DNA of 64,000 nt from Mobula hypostoma (GCF_963921235.1 NC_086108.1:105836001-105900000); one strand, 5' to 3'. Shown: positions 50,161 through 62,580, counted from the first letter of the stretch. The notes: a model not told the origin generated them from the letters alone. Program-made: numbers and translations.

Positions 50161-50864
50161 TGTTTCTGTGTGTGTGTGTGTATATGCAAGTACGTTTTTC
50201 ATTGTACTTTGCAGAGGACAATCAACTCAACATTGACTTCGTCTTTGAGCTTACATTTGTTTCTGTTCTCTTACTTTGTAATCATGGCTTCAACAGCAGC
50301 TTCTCCCCAAGGCAATCCTGGCTTCACCCTATCAGAGATAACTCCTTTCTCCTACCCGCGCTTTCCACTTCCCCTCACTGCAATCCAAAACCAATTTAAA
50401 CTTCTTAATTTCCTATTGAAGTACTTTCAACCAGAAAAAGTTTACATTGGTATCGGTATTCATTTATCAATGACACATGTACTTAACATCAACTTTAATT
50501 TTTTTTTTACCGTGAAATCTGCTGTAAGAGACTATCAGGGAATCAAATTTCCTTTTCAATCATACCGTTCCAGACAACGCACATAAGATTTCAGGTGAGG
50601 CCTAATCAAGGCCTTGCATAGTTATGACAGAAGAGGAAAGAAAACCAACACCTGAACGAAGCACAGACCCAAGGATTATCAATTATGCAGAGTGTTTGAT
50701 GGAATGTTTAGTTGAAGACCTTGGGAAAGTTAGCAGGAGAAAATAGAGTGAAGGATAAATTTAGCCTCTGGTGGTAACGCATTCTTTCTCATTCCCAATA
50801 CGAATATAGCACACAACAATGTATGCAAGGAGCCAAAGTGTACACTTCAAGATTAGATTTATTA

Positions 50865-51112
50865 GTCACTGTGCAAAAGTCTTAGCCACATAGAGAGTAT
50901 ATAGCTAAGGTGTCCGAGGCTTTCGCACAACATGTTAGTGATTTTATGTATTGCACTGCACTGCTGCTGCACAAAAAAAAATCATGACATATGTGAGTGA
51001 TGATAAACCTGATTCTGATATGGGTCTCCATTGTGGACTGAGAGTGGGAAGGGGGCAGGGAGAGGGGAGGGAGCGGAAAGCTCCAATCAGGCATTCTGTA
51101 ATGATCAATTGG
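50865..51112. mobile_element. Second, partial copy of the MITE-bracketed composite element
   Basis: MITE at ~50865-50935, then LINE tail (GATAAACCTGATTCTGA), then ATGGGTCTCCATTGTGGACTGAGAGTGGGAAGGGGG as in 46260-46350. Confidence 0.7.
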
Positions 51113-51284
51113 AAAAAAAAACACTTCAATGGTTTTCCCAAACTAAATCACTGGGTCTGAATCTGCAGTGGAAACACCTATGACCTAATCTTAGGGAATC
51201 TCTAATAGTATGTGGTGGTTATATTGTTGCAGCTGTACTGTCAACTGACTTGTACTGAAATTGCTCCACATGTATTTGAATGAG

Positions 51285-52040
51285 TGGTGACCTCATTGAA
51301 ACTTATCGAATGCTGATAGGCCTTGATAGAAGGATGTGTAGAAGATGTTTCCTATGGTGGGAATGTCTAGGACCAGAGGACACAGCCTCAGAATAGAGGA
51401 ATATCCTTTTAAAACAGAGGTGAGGAATTTCTTTAGCCAGAGAGTAGTGAATCTGTAGAATTCATTGCCACGGGCAACTGTGGAGGCCAGGTCTTGACGG
51501 AACTAGGGCTTTACTCTTTGGAGAGAAGGAGGATGAGAGGAGACATGATAGAGGTGTACAAGATAATAAGAGGAATAGATAGAGTGGATAGCCAGTGCCT
51601 CTTCCTCAGGGCACCACTGCTCAATACAAGAGGACATGGCTTTAAGGTAGGGGTGGGAAGTTCAAGGGGGATATTAGAGGAAGGTTTTTTACTCAGAGAG
51701 TGGTTGGTGCATGGAATACACTGCCTGAGTCAGTGGTGGAGGCAGATACACTAGTGAAATTTAAGCGACTACTAGACAGGTATATGGAGGAATTTAAGGT
51801 GGGGGCTTATATGGGAGGCAGGGTTTGAGGGTCGGCACAACATTGTGGGCTGAAGGGCCTATACTGTGCTGTACTATTCTATGTATATTTAAGGCAGAGG
51901 TTGATAGGGTCCTGACTGGTCAGGACATGAAGGGATATGGGGAGAAGACAGGAGATTGGGGCTGAGAGGAAAATTGGATCAGCCATGATGAAATTGTGGA
52001 GCAGCCTCGATGGGCCAAATGGCCTGATTCTGCTCCTATA
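51285..52040 (+). mobile_element. Older CR1 3' end with a young CR1 (51495-51884) nested inside
   Basis: The inner copy is nearly identical to 1858-2245; the host resumes at TATATTTAAGGCAGAGG. Confidence 0.85.
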
Positions 52041-52334
52041 TCTTACAGTCTTATGCTCTTATTTTCTTTCTATTATGGACACATAAGTCTGTATTAGCTC
52101 TGTATTTGGATGTTGAAATGTTTATCAGCAACTTCTGTTTGTATATTTAGATTTAATGAAATAATAATGCAAAATGCAAAAATGTCATGGGACCCATTTG
52201 GCGAAAAGCCACTGTTAATTTTTATGCCTTTTTCACACCCGTAGGAACAATAAAAATACAAATGTGTTGTAAAATAAATAGAAATATTTCAATTAACTGA
52301 ATCGTATCACATTTAAAAGGTTGACTTAGCACCC

Positions 52335-52650
52335 TTAGGTGGCAGAATAGAGGTAGATCTCTTCCACTGGCCTGCAGGTTTCCATCGGTGAGGTGTAGCA
52401 CCTGCTTAGCACCCTATCAGGGTCATGTGAAGCCAAGACAGCAGGTGGTAGAAGGTCATACGAGTAGCTGGTGCATATCCCAAGTCCTGGTTATGCGACC
52501 TCTGACGCCAGACAGACAATCTCTGAAGTATATTGATAACCTGGGGTCACCCATCTTGCAAAGACACTGCCCAGAAGAAGGAAATAGCATACCACTTCTG
52601 TAGAAAAATTTGCCAAAAACAATCATGGTCATGGAAAGACGATACATCTC
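52335..52650 (+). mobile_element. RTE/BovB-related non-autonomous element
   Basis: GAAGAAGGAAATAGCATACCACTTCTGTAG..TTGCCAA is Bov-A-like; homologous to 19645-19965. Confidence 0.6.
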
Positions 52651-53054
52651 CACCCCGCCACCCCATTAGAGCTATACAGCACAGTAATAGGCCCTTTGGA
52701 ACAACTCTACCCTGGCAGCCAAGTTGCCTAAGTGATCTAGTCCTGTTTGCCTGCATTTATCACATATCCCACTGCATGTTCCTATCCATGTTCCTGTCCA
52801 AAGTTCAGTGTGAAAAACCTGTATCTGGCATCTCCTCTGTACCTGCTGTAGGAGCCATGTATCTGTTTTCTATCTGCTTTGCATTTGCGTTTCATATTTA
52901 TCATGGTAGTTAGTTACATGGGTGGGGGGTGGTGTTAGAAGCAAAAAGTTTTAGTTACGTACTCATGCTTTGATTTTGGTCATTTAGGGTTAGGAACAGC
53001 TAGGTATGATATCTTTTTTTTGTTGACTGCCTAATTTTGCTTCCTCCAAGTGGA

Positions 53055-53530
53055 CCGCAACCTAAGTGGAAGCTTGCATGCGTCAATGACCCAGAGAGCT
53101 ACGCCGGCTGGAATCAGGGCTTTACACTTTGGCTCTTGGTAGGGTCACTCATGCCAAACAGGTGAAAGGGTAGAGACCAGACTAAGAGTGGTCCACCAGT
53201 CCTCCAGGTTTGGAGGTTCAGCTCTGGGCTAACAACCCTGATGGGTCAAAAGAATTGTTATGGAAACAGCAATGAAGAATCCTTCTACATCTGAGTGTGA
53301 TGGTATTCCTGAGTCTCCAGCTGGAACTTGCATGACTGACGGTAGTGAAAACAAAGAGGAAGCTACTGAACAATGAAGGAAGCCCTAAACCCTGCCAAGA
53401 CCAGGCAGAAATGAGGACCCTGAACCACACCTGGGGCACAATAGAGAAGATGGCCAAGGACAGAGATAGAGGACGTTCATTGCTACCATAAAAGCCAATG
53501 GCACAACAGGTAATAAGTACGTAAGTAAGT
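53055..53530 (+). mobile_element. Bipartite RTE derivative with (TAAG)n tail
   Basis: 5'UTR-like part fused to ORF C-terminus AEMRTLNHTWGTIEKMAKDR.., followed by a TAAG-type tail. Confidence 0.75.
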
Positions 53531-54034
53531 GCAACAAGGGGGCATAATATTAAGATGACTGGAGGAAGGTGTAGCAGCTACTCAAAGAAACCAACACCTC
53601 TGTTGGAGGCTAAGCACAGGGCCAGGGGGTGGGGGGGATTCATCCTGTACGATGTTCCTTCCATTCGCATCCAATAATAAGATTTCAAAAAGCCAAAGAA
53701 AATATTTAATCCTTTATTGAGCAACTAGCAAAACAAACAATCTTGAAATGATAAAAAACTAATGAAACTAAAACAAGTGATATAACAAAATAAACAGTCT
53801 TAGTGTAATAATAGTACTTAAGCTTTCTTCAACATAATTAAGCTATTTTAAACAAAGTTATGTAATGTTAAACACAATTAACTTACTTACTCCCTGTTAC
53901 ACTGCTGGCATTTAGTGCAGCAATGAGGGTTCTCCACCTCTGCCTGTCCATACCTTTGCAGGGTTCTTCACTGCTGTTTCTGTAACAATTTTCTTGATCA
54001 ACCTAAGTTGTTAGTCCTGTACTCAATATCCAAT

Positions 54035-54560
54035 TCCCAGAGTGCATGAAGTGTCCAAGGAGGAGTAGCATCTCTGTTGAAGGGGCTCGTCGTGTCCATT
54101 CCAGGGAAGCTCATTCACCTTTTGGCCCCACCAGACACTCAGCTCTCATCCGTGGCTCCAAATTTGCATGTGATGGCGGCCACACCCCGGTACGCCACTT
54201 TGACTGGCAAGCTACACCGGGTGAGGGTAGCCTGCGGCTTCATTCCGTGGGGAGATAAGAACATGCCTGTCCTAGTATGTGAAGTCAGCTCTGGCGGACT
54301 GTTTGGATGAGATTTAAAGGCCAGGAAGGTGGCTCTGCAACACTTCGTGGAGAGCGAAGAGCATGACAAGGCACAGAGGAAGTCATAGTCATCCACCACA
54401 TTCAAGGAAGACCCCCGTTTGTGACGCTTGTTGGTACCGCTGGGACCTGGAATTCTGAACTCAAAGGAGTGGAACTGTCCTAGTGCAATGGTTTTTCAAC
54501 TTTAAAAACTCTCGCACACAAGTTTCTTGTTATTATTGGATATGATAGACAAACAACCCA
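54035..54560 (+). mobile_element. Probable non-autonomous RTE derivative (another family)
   Basis: GC-rich non-coding body. The end TTATTATTGGATATGATAGACAAACAACC resembles the RTE tail at 30017-30070. Confidence 0.5.
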
Positions 54561-55004
54561 ATACCCAATTCAGTAATGGACTCTGTCTCCACCACAACAG
54601 ATTTCAGCCTCACATTCTGTTTTCCCTTCAGCTGAGGAGGTAGTTAGCAGTTAACATGTGGTTTGGATGTGGAGTCAAGGATATTTTATTTAAATAAATA
54701 TTTTATTTAGAGATACAACAGTGCCTCCTGATCCAATGAGCACACGCTGCTCAATTGCACCTTGTGACCAATTGACTAATTAATCCATACTTCTCTGGAA
54801 TGTGGAAGGATACTGGAGCACGTCCCGCTGTCTGTAAGGAGTTTGTATGTTCTCCCTGTGACTGTGTGGGTTTACAGCAGAAGAAATTGAACTCGGATCA
54901 TTGGTTATGCTACAAAGTGTTAGGCTAACTGCTATGCTACAATCCTGCCCTGGATGAGCACAGCTTCATACCCACAACATGAATATCACTTCTTAAACTT
55001 GCAC

Positions 55005-55620
55005 CTACACACAGAACACTGGGAAACTCATCGGGTCAGGTAGCATCTATGGAGGGAAATGGACAGTTGACGATTCTGTTTGAGGCCATCCATCAGTGCT
55101 GGAAGGAGAGGGAGGGTGGGGATTGACAAGAGCTGGTAGGTGATAGATGGGGGAGGATGATAGGCAGGCAAGGGAGGGGAGAGTGAGAGTGGGAATGATG
55201 TAAGAAGCTGGGAGCTGGCAGGTGGAAGTGTCAAAGAGCTGAAGAAGATGGTATTTTATAGGAGAGGACAGTGGACCATGGGAAAATGAGAAAGAGGTGA
55301 GGAAGTGAACTGGAGGGAAGGATGTGAGGGTAATGCACAGATTGAGGGGACGGAGGAGAGGCAAAAGAAGGGGTGATGAGACCAAAGGGAAAAGGAATAA
55401 AAAGGAGGCAGAGGGGTATGGCTACTGGAAGTTGGAGAAAACGACTGATGCCATCAGGCTGGAGGTTAGCAAGATAGAAAATGAAATGCTGCTGCCTTAA
55501 TGGGTATCTGGCCTCAACTTGACATAGACGAGGCCATGGATAGACATGTGGGAATGGAAAATGGAATTAAAATGGCTGGCCACTGGGACACCCTGGCTGT
55601 TTTGATGGATGGAATGAAGG
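55005..55620 (-). mobile_element. Degenerate Penelope 3' part
   Basis: Tail, purine tract and eroded GIY-YIG C-terminus. Confidence 0.7.
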
Positions 55621-55883
55621 CTGCTGACTTTTGTAGACCCACCGTTTCACAGGATTAGATGATACAACGGAGTAAGGTGATATTTTTTCAGGGCCTCTAA
55701 CCAGATGTTTTCTTTCAGAATTTCAAATATCTAGCAATTCAGCTACAGGTCTCAGTTATAACAGAGAACTTCCAGTTAAAAAAGCAGACACTTAAAACAG
55801 AAGAATCCACCGGGGAAGTTGAAGCTCGGTGTCTGTGAACCTGAACCTGAGCCAAGCCTGCTGGAGGCTGGACAGCCTGTCCT

Positions 55884-55915
55884 GGGGTTAGAGGGTTAGA
55901 GGGTTAGAGGCGTAG

Positions 55916-55991
<76 letters not shown>
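55884..55991. repeat. (GGGTTAGA)3 followed by a ~72-bp (TG)n microsatellite
   Basis: Read directly from the sequence. Confidence 0.95.
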
Positions 55992-55993
<2 letters not shown>

Positions 55994-57344
55994 GTCCGTC
56001 CGCTGGAGGCTGAAGGTGACAGCCTGTGCTGGGGTTAATGGACTGTGTATGTGTGTGGGTGGGAGAGAGGAACGGAGCTTGTTTTGCAGTTGTTGTTTTG
56101 TTGCTTGTTGTGTTCTGTTTTATTATGTTTTAGGGTCATAAAACACTACATCACAGAAACAAGCCCTTCAGCCCATTTCGTCCATGCCAAATTATTATGC
56201 TGTCTAGTCCCATGGGCCTGGGCCTGGACCAGAGCTCTCTATTCCAATAGTATCCATGTACCTGTCCAAACTGCTCTTAAGTGTTGAAATTGAACATTGC
56301 ATCCACCACATCCCACTGGCAGCTCATTCCACACTCTCACCACCTTCTGAGTGAAGAAATTCCCCTCGTGTTCTGCTTTAACATTTCACCTTTCAACCTT
56401 AACATATGAATCCAGTTCTAGTCTCACTCAACCTCAACTGAAAAATCCTACCTGCATTTACCCTATCTATACCCCTCATAATTTTGTATGCCTCTATCAT
56501 TCTCCTACACTCCAGGGAATAAATTCCTGACCTATTCAACCTTTCCCTGACCGGCCATCACATCATTTATTCCCCAACCCAATAACCCTTGGGTTAAATG
56601 GTTGCTCGGCCAATCCAGAGTCACCCAAACCAGTGCTCAGTTTCATTGTGTTCTGTGCTGTTCTGCAGAGCATTGTGGGTATGCTATATTGGTGTCGGGA
56701 CATGTGGTGATACTTGTGCCTGGCCCCAGCACACCCTTGGGTGCATTGTTTGTTAACACAAATGATGCATTGCACTGCATGTTTTGACTTAATTTTGATA
56801 AATAAACTTGAATCTTGAATCTCGTTCTGTCGCAGTGAGAGTTGGAGACAAATACCAGATCCTGCCTTACACCTGATTGATCACCCTGCCAACACAGACA
56901 GGGGCAGGGTGGCAATGAAAACACCAAAAATCGATTACATTTTCCTTTCTTTTCTTTTACCATATTACACAAAGGTGAGAGGATAAATCTATCAATACAC
57001 ACAGCATTATTAGGCACAGCCTCCACTAATCTCTTTCTGTGATTGCTCCCAACAACATCCACCAATATCAACAACAATCACTCTTTTGAAGATGATTTAT
57101 TTTTCAGGATTTGGACGTCACATCATTTATTCCCCATTCCCAATTGTCCTTAGGTTAAATGGTTGCTCGGCCAATCCAGAGTTGACTGTATTGGATGGTG
57201 AGGAGTTACTTGGAGGGTGAAGATGGTACATGTCTACCCCTCTCAAGGGCGTTCATGAACCAAATGCATTTTGCTGCATACCTAGTTGCTCTGTGGTCAT
57301 CGTTACTGAGAAGTAATTAAGGTGGAGGTAAACAATTGTTTGAT

Positions 57345-58600
57345 GTTGCAGTGTTCGCTGAGCTTGGCATTACCAGTCAAGGTGGCATCCTCAGTGGGCA
57401 GTTGGTGTTTTTCTCTGGGAGTACTGGCGTTTATATAGCCCCACTTACTTCAGTCCTGATTGGCTACCCCTTCAGTTGACCTTTGAATTATATTGACTCG
57501 CATGTCTTTGCTCTTAAGGGTTCATAGGTGACGTCGATTTTGATCTGTTTATGGAGTTATCAGAAGAGAAGGACATTTCTAAAAATTCCTGTGCCTGCTC
57601 TGTGCTTTCCTGCACCTGAGCCTCTGTGGTGTTCCAGTTGAAGTGGTGTCCTTCTCAACACTCACAGCACGCTGGAGGAACTCAGCAGGTCGGGCAGCAT
57701 CAGTGGAAACAATGAGTCGACGTTTCGGGCCAAAACCCTTTGTCAGGACTGAACAAAGAAGGAGGGGGAAGGATTTGAAGAATGCTTGTATGTTCAGTTG
57801 AAAGACCAGTAACTTGAAAGACAAAGTGGTGGGTGAGGGGAAGCAGGGATGTCATAGGTAGGTAAACAATGGGTAGTAGAAGAAGGAGGCGGAACCATGA
57901 GGGAGGTGATAGGCAGCTGGGGGAGGGGGCAGAGTGACATAGGGATAGAGGAAGGGAGGGGGAGGGACTTACCGGAAGTTGGAGAATTCTATGTTCATAC
58001 CAAGGGGCTGAAGACTACCTAGACGGCATATGAGGTGTTGCTCCTCCAACCTAAGTTTAGCCTCATCATGGCAGTAGAGGAGGCCATGTATGGACATATC
58101 TGAATGGGAATGGGAAGCAGAGTTGAAGTGGGTGGCTACCGGGAGATCCTGTCTGTTTTGGCGGACGGAGCGGAGGTGCTCGACAAAGCGGTCCCCCAAT
58201 CTGTGTCGGGTTTCACCGATGTAGAGCAGGCCGCACCGGGAGCACCGGATGCAATAGATGACCTCAACAGACTCACAAGTGAAGTGTTGCCTCACCTGGA
58301 AGGACTGTTTGGGGCCCTGAATGGTGGCAAGAGAGGAGGTATAGGGACAGGGGTAGGACTTACGCTTACAGGGATAAGTGCCGAGTGGGAGATCCGTGGG
58401 GATGGACGTGCGGATAAGGGAGTCGGGGAGGGACCGATCCCTGCGGAAAGCGGAGAGGGGTGGAGAGGGAAAGATGTGCTTAGTGGTGGGGTCCTGTTGA
58501 AGGTGGCGGAAGTTGCAGAGGATGATGCGCTGGATGTGGTGTCCTTCTCAGTCTTCATGTACCGAGATCAGTGACAGTGAATCATGTCTTTGTACTGTAA
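57345..58600 (-). mobile_element. Older Penelope of a different family (GIY-YIG C-terminus), host of a nested Penelope
   Basis: Rejoined translation RHDSLSLISVHED.EGHHFNWN..EFLEMSFSSDNSINR. Confidence 0.65.
57658..58535 (-). mobile_element. Young Penelope 3' part with intact GIY-YIG endonuclease domain (57969-58295)
   Basis: VIYCIRCSRCGLLYIGET..RFVEH..PVATHFN..GSLQPLGMN. TSD GTGGTGTCCTTCTCA at 57643-57657 and 58536-58550. Confidence 0.92.
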
Positions 58601-58662
58601 ATAAGTTTTTTAATGATCAGGGAATGGAGGATTGTATGGAACTGATACAAAAAAGGAGATAA

Positions 58663-59025
58663 ACACTCAGAGGCCACATTGTTAGGTATACCTGTATATC
58701 CGCTCCCGAACTCAAATATTTAATCAGCCAATCATGTGGCAGCAACTCACTGCATAAACACATGCAGACATGGTCAAGAGGTTCAGTTATTGTTCAGATC
58801 AAACATCGGAATGGGGAAGAAATGTGATCTAAGTTACTTTGACTGTGGAATGATTGTTGGTGCCAGACAGGATGGTTTGAGTATCTCAGAAAATGCTGAT
58901 CTCCTGGAATTACAAAGAATGGTGTGGAAAAAAAAACATCCAATGAGCTGTAGTTCTGAGGATGAAAGCATCTTGTTTATGAGAAAGGTCAGAGAAGGAT
59001 GGTTAGATTGGTTCAAGTTGACAGG
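58663..59025 (+). mobile_element. Tc1 non-autonomous element, 5' part
   Basis: CACTCAGAGGCCACATTGTTAGGT and MGKKCDLSYFDCGMIVGARQDGLSISE. Confidence 0.85.
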
Positions 59026-59109
59026 AGAACACGCACCATTCCTCTGTGAGGACACGGCAGTGGAAAGGGTGAGCAGTTTCAAATTCCTGGGCATCAACAC
59101 ATCAGAGAA

Positions 59110-61256
59110 TCTAATTGAGCCATTGCCTTTTAAGAATCTAATGGTATTGCCGGTATTTTAAGGAGAGACACTATTCATAAAGACTCGCTGTACGCTGATG
59201 ATCCGCTGCTATTTATTTCTAATGCTGAGACTTCATTACCCCACGTGCTTTCTTTACTCTCCTGTTTTAGCCAGTTCTCAGGTTATAAATTAAACCTACA
59301 TAAAATTGAACTTTTCCCTTTGAACAATTTGATACCAACAAATTCTAACCTTCCTTTTAAAATTGTAAGAAACCCATTCACCTACTTAGGTGTAACAATC
59401 ACTATAAACTATAAGTGTCTATTTAAAGAAAAATTTATTACCCTATTGAATCACGTAAAAAGGATACTATTAAATTGGTCACCTCTTTCGTGATCGCTGA
59501 TTGGTCAAGTTAACTCTATCTAAATGAATATATTACCTAAATTTATATATCTTTTTCAGGCATTGCCGGTTTTTATTCCTAAATCTTTTTTTTCATTCTC
59601 TTGACTCTATTATATCTTCTTATATATGGAAGAATAAGCATTCTAGATTAAATAAAATTCATCTTCAGAAAGATAAAAAGAATGGAGGATTAGCCTTACC
59701 AAACTTTAGATTTTATTATTGGGCAGTTAATATAAGAAATCTTACATTCTGGTTATATTACATAAATTGTGAGCATTGCCCAATGTGGATTTCTTTAGAA
59801 GCTAATTCTGTTAATAAATTTTCGGTTATTTCTCTTCTTGGATCCTCACTCCCTTTGTCTCCGGGTAAGTTAACTGATAATCTGGTAGTTAAACACAGTA
59901 TGAGAATTTGGATACAATTCCAAAAATACTTTGGCTTATTGAGATTTTCTCTTTCGAGTCCCATCTTATCTAATTATTTTTTTAAACCCTTTATGATTGA
60001 TGTGACTTTTAAAGAATGGGATAGATTAGGTTTAAATGCTTTCAGAACTTGTTTGTAGAGGGAAGTCGCTTTTCGTTTGAACAACTGTCAACTAAATATA
60101 GTTTACCCAAAACTTTTTTTTTTTGATACCTACAAATAAGAGATTTTTTACGGTCTCAAATAAGTACATTTTCTAAAAGTCCTGATAAGAATCTACTAGA
60201 TGTAATTTTTAATTTGAAACTTTTTATAATGGATCTATATCTAATATTTATAATATGTTGCTGGGAATGAGAAGTGTTCCTTTAGATAAAATTAAAAATC
60301 TTTGGGAACAATATTTACACACTTCAATTTCTGAGGAAACTTGGAATCAAATTGCTAATTTGGTTAACACTGCATTGTTATGTGCCCGCCACTCTCTCCT
60401 ACAATTTAAAATGGTCCATAGGGCCCATATGACCAAGGATAAGTTGTCTCTTTTTTATTTAGATATATCTCCGTATTGTGATAAATGTAATTATGGAGAA
60501 GCTTCACTCATTCATATGTTTTGGACATGTCCGAGTCTTGGAAAATATTGGAAAGAAGTATTTCAAACTTTCTCAAGTAAACTTTTGACCGCTTTATTTG
60601 GTATTGTTGGAGGAAAGGATATTATTTTGGAGTCATCTGACTTGCACATTTTGTCTTTTATTTCTCTCATGGTCAGAAGGACGCTCTTGCTTAAATGGAA
60701 ACATGCGGCCCCTCCTATTCACGCCCAATAGTTATGTGATGTGATGTCATGTTTGAAATTAGAGAAGATTCGATATTCAATCTCTGAATCTAGCCAAGAC
60801 TTTCAAACATTGTGGGGACATTTTCTGAATTATTTTCAAAACCTTTGATTTGTTAAAGCACAGACGATGACAATTTTTTTTTCGTTTTTTTCTTTACTAA
60901 TGAGCTTCGGTCTTATAGATAGATAGATCGATAGATATACTTTATTAATCCCGAGGGAAATTTGGTTTCATTACAGCCGCACCAACCAAGAATAGAGCGT
61001 AAATATAGCAATAGAAAACCCCCCAACAATCAAACAAAAAAATGCAAACTATGCCAGATGGAAAATAAGTCTTGGTAGTGAGTTAGATTTTTTTTATATA
61101 ATAAAATTACTATATTTCAATGTTACGAATTAATTAACCTGTATGAATAAAGGGTAAGGAGTCTTTATATGCGATTTAGTATAACGTATTGATATATATA
61201 TATTTTCCTGTACTCTGTATTCTTATATGTAAATTAATAAAAATATTGGAAAAGAA
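59110..61256 (+). mobile_element. L1-clade LINE 3' half (degenerate ORF2 and AT-rich 3' UTR)
   Basis: SLYADD, FSQFSGYKLN, TYLGV, GGLALPNF, CDKC..LIHMFWTCP; ends AATAAAAATATTGGAAAAG. Confidence 0.9.
60915..61070 (-). mobile_element. Third (CTAT)n-tailed Rex1-related 3' end, inserted in the L1 3' UTR
   Basis: Matches 12071-12220; GTCTT on both flanks. Confidence 0.85.
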
Positions 61257-61383
61257 GCACCGACCCAATGCTGATGAAGGGTCTCGCTTTGAAATATTGA
61301 CTGTTTATTCCTCTCCATAGATGCTGCCTGACCTGCTGAGTTCCTTTAGCATTTTTCATGTATTTACTTATCAAGTCTCCTTT

Positions 61384-62580
61384 AAGTTCAGGTTCATGTT
61401 CAAGTTTAATTGTCGTTCAACTATACATACATATACAACTAAATGAACAGCATTCCTCCTGGGCCAAGCTTCAAAACACATTACATATAATCACACACAA
61501 ATAGTTCCAGCAGCACCATACATTTGGCATCTGTTGGTGGACTTCGAAGGGCAGCTGAAGTTCCCCAACCATATCGCAGCCACCACCCTGCGACTAGACA
61601 TTGTCCTAGTGTCTGAGTCTACTAAGCAAGTGGTGCTGCTGGAGCTGACAGGCCCATGGGAAGATAGCTTGGAAGAGGCTTTTGAAAGGAAGCTCTCCGA
61701 GTACGCAGGACTGGTCAGCACCTGTCAGCAGGCTGGATGGAGAGCGAGGTGTCTCCCAGTGGAGGTTGGTTGTAGGGGATTCGTAGCCCATTCTTTAGTT
61801 AGAGCCTTCAGCATTTTGGGCATCGAGGGAGAGAGGAAGAGGAGAGCCATCCGCAGTAGCACCGATGTGGCAGAGAGGGCCTCAAGGTGGCTGTGGCTCA
61901 GAAGAGGGGAGCCATGGAGTCATAAGTAGCTAGCCATCTGGACACAAGCTGGGGTCTGATCAGCCCCGGCTGGGTCACCTGGAGGAGGTTGTATGGTGTT
62001 GAAAGACCCGAAACACCCGATGATTCCAGGACCATCAACGAAGATGTGTCCAGAAGCATCAATAGATGTTTGTACACAGCACTAGTCCCTAAGTGACATG
62101 TTCTGAAGATTGATGGTGCATGGGATGTAGTGCTGGAGCCATGTTTCTGCAGGAACAAGCATGCGGCAGTTCCTTATCATGTGCTGGGTCAGCCAAGTGT
62201 GAAGGTCAATCAGCTTGTTTCGTGCTGGGTGAGCCGCAGACGGAGGTGATCCATCTTATCTTCCAGGAGTCGAACACTAGGGAGCAGCATCCATGCCCAG
62301 GCTGTAGTGCGTCCACCCTGCCTCTGTTCTCTTTCACATTACCTCTGGTGCCTCCTCTCCTGGGTGGCTGTTATTAGTGACGCCGCAGTTCAAGAGCCTG
62401 GTCCGTGCAACGACCAACCCCACGCTGCTCCCGTACCACTGGTCTCATCGATGAACTAATGAACCAGACTTATAGTATTTTGGATAACCAATGTCCAACA
62501 GGTCTTGAGATCACAAGAAAAACGTTTAAGATAAAAAATTGCTGGACTCGGAGAGGCCACTACGCACAAGCAGGCTTAAG
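61384..62580 (-). mobile_element. Second bipartite Rex1-type derivative, interrupted by Hero
   Basis: Minus translation LLPSVRLLEDKMDHLRLRLTQ..IRNCRMLVPAETWLQHYIP (endonuclease N-terminus) ends at ~62100. A (TGAAC)-type tail lies at 61384-61500. Confidence 0.55.
61510..62072 (+). mobile_element. Hero-clade (R2 superfamily) non-LTR 3' end with restriction-like endonuclease
   Basis: ORF 61534-61929: TTLRLDIVL..LLELTGPWE..ERKL..Y..L..GW..PVEVGCRGF..AERASRWLW; 3' UTR GCTGGGGTCTGATCAGCCCCGGC. Confidence 0.88.

Noticed and set aside
55884..55910. Interstitial telomeric repeat
   Set aside because: The unit is the 8-mer GGGTTAGA, with only three copies, consistent with local slippage.
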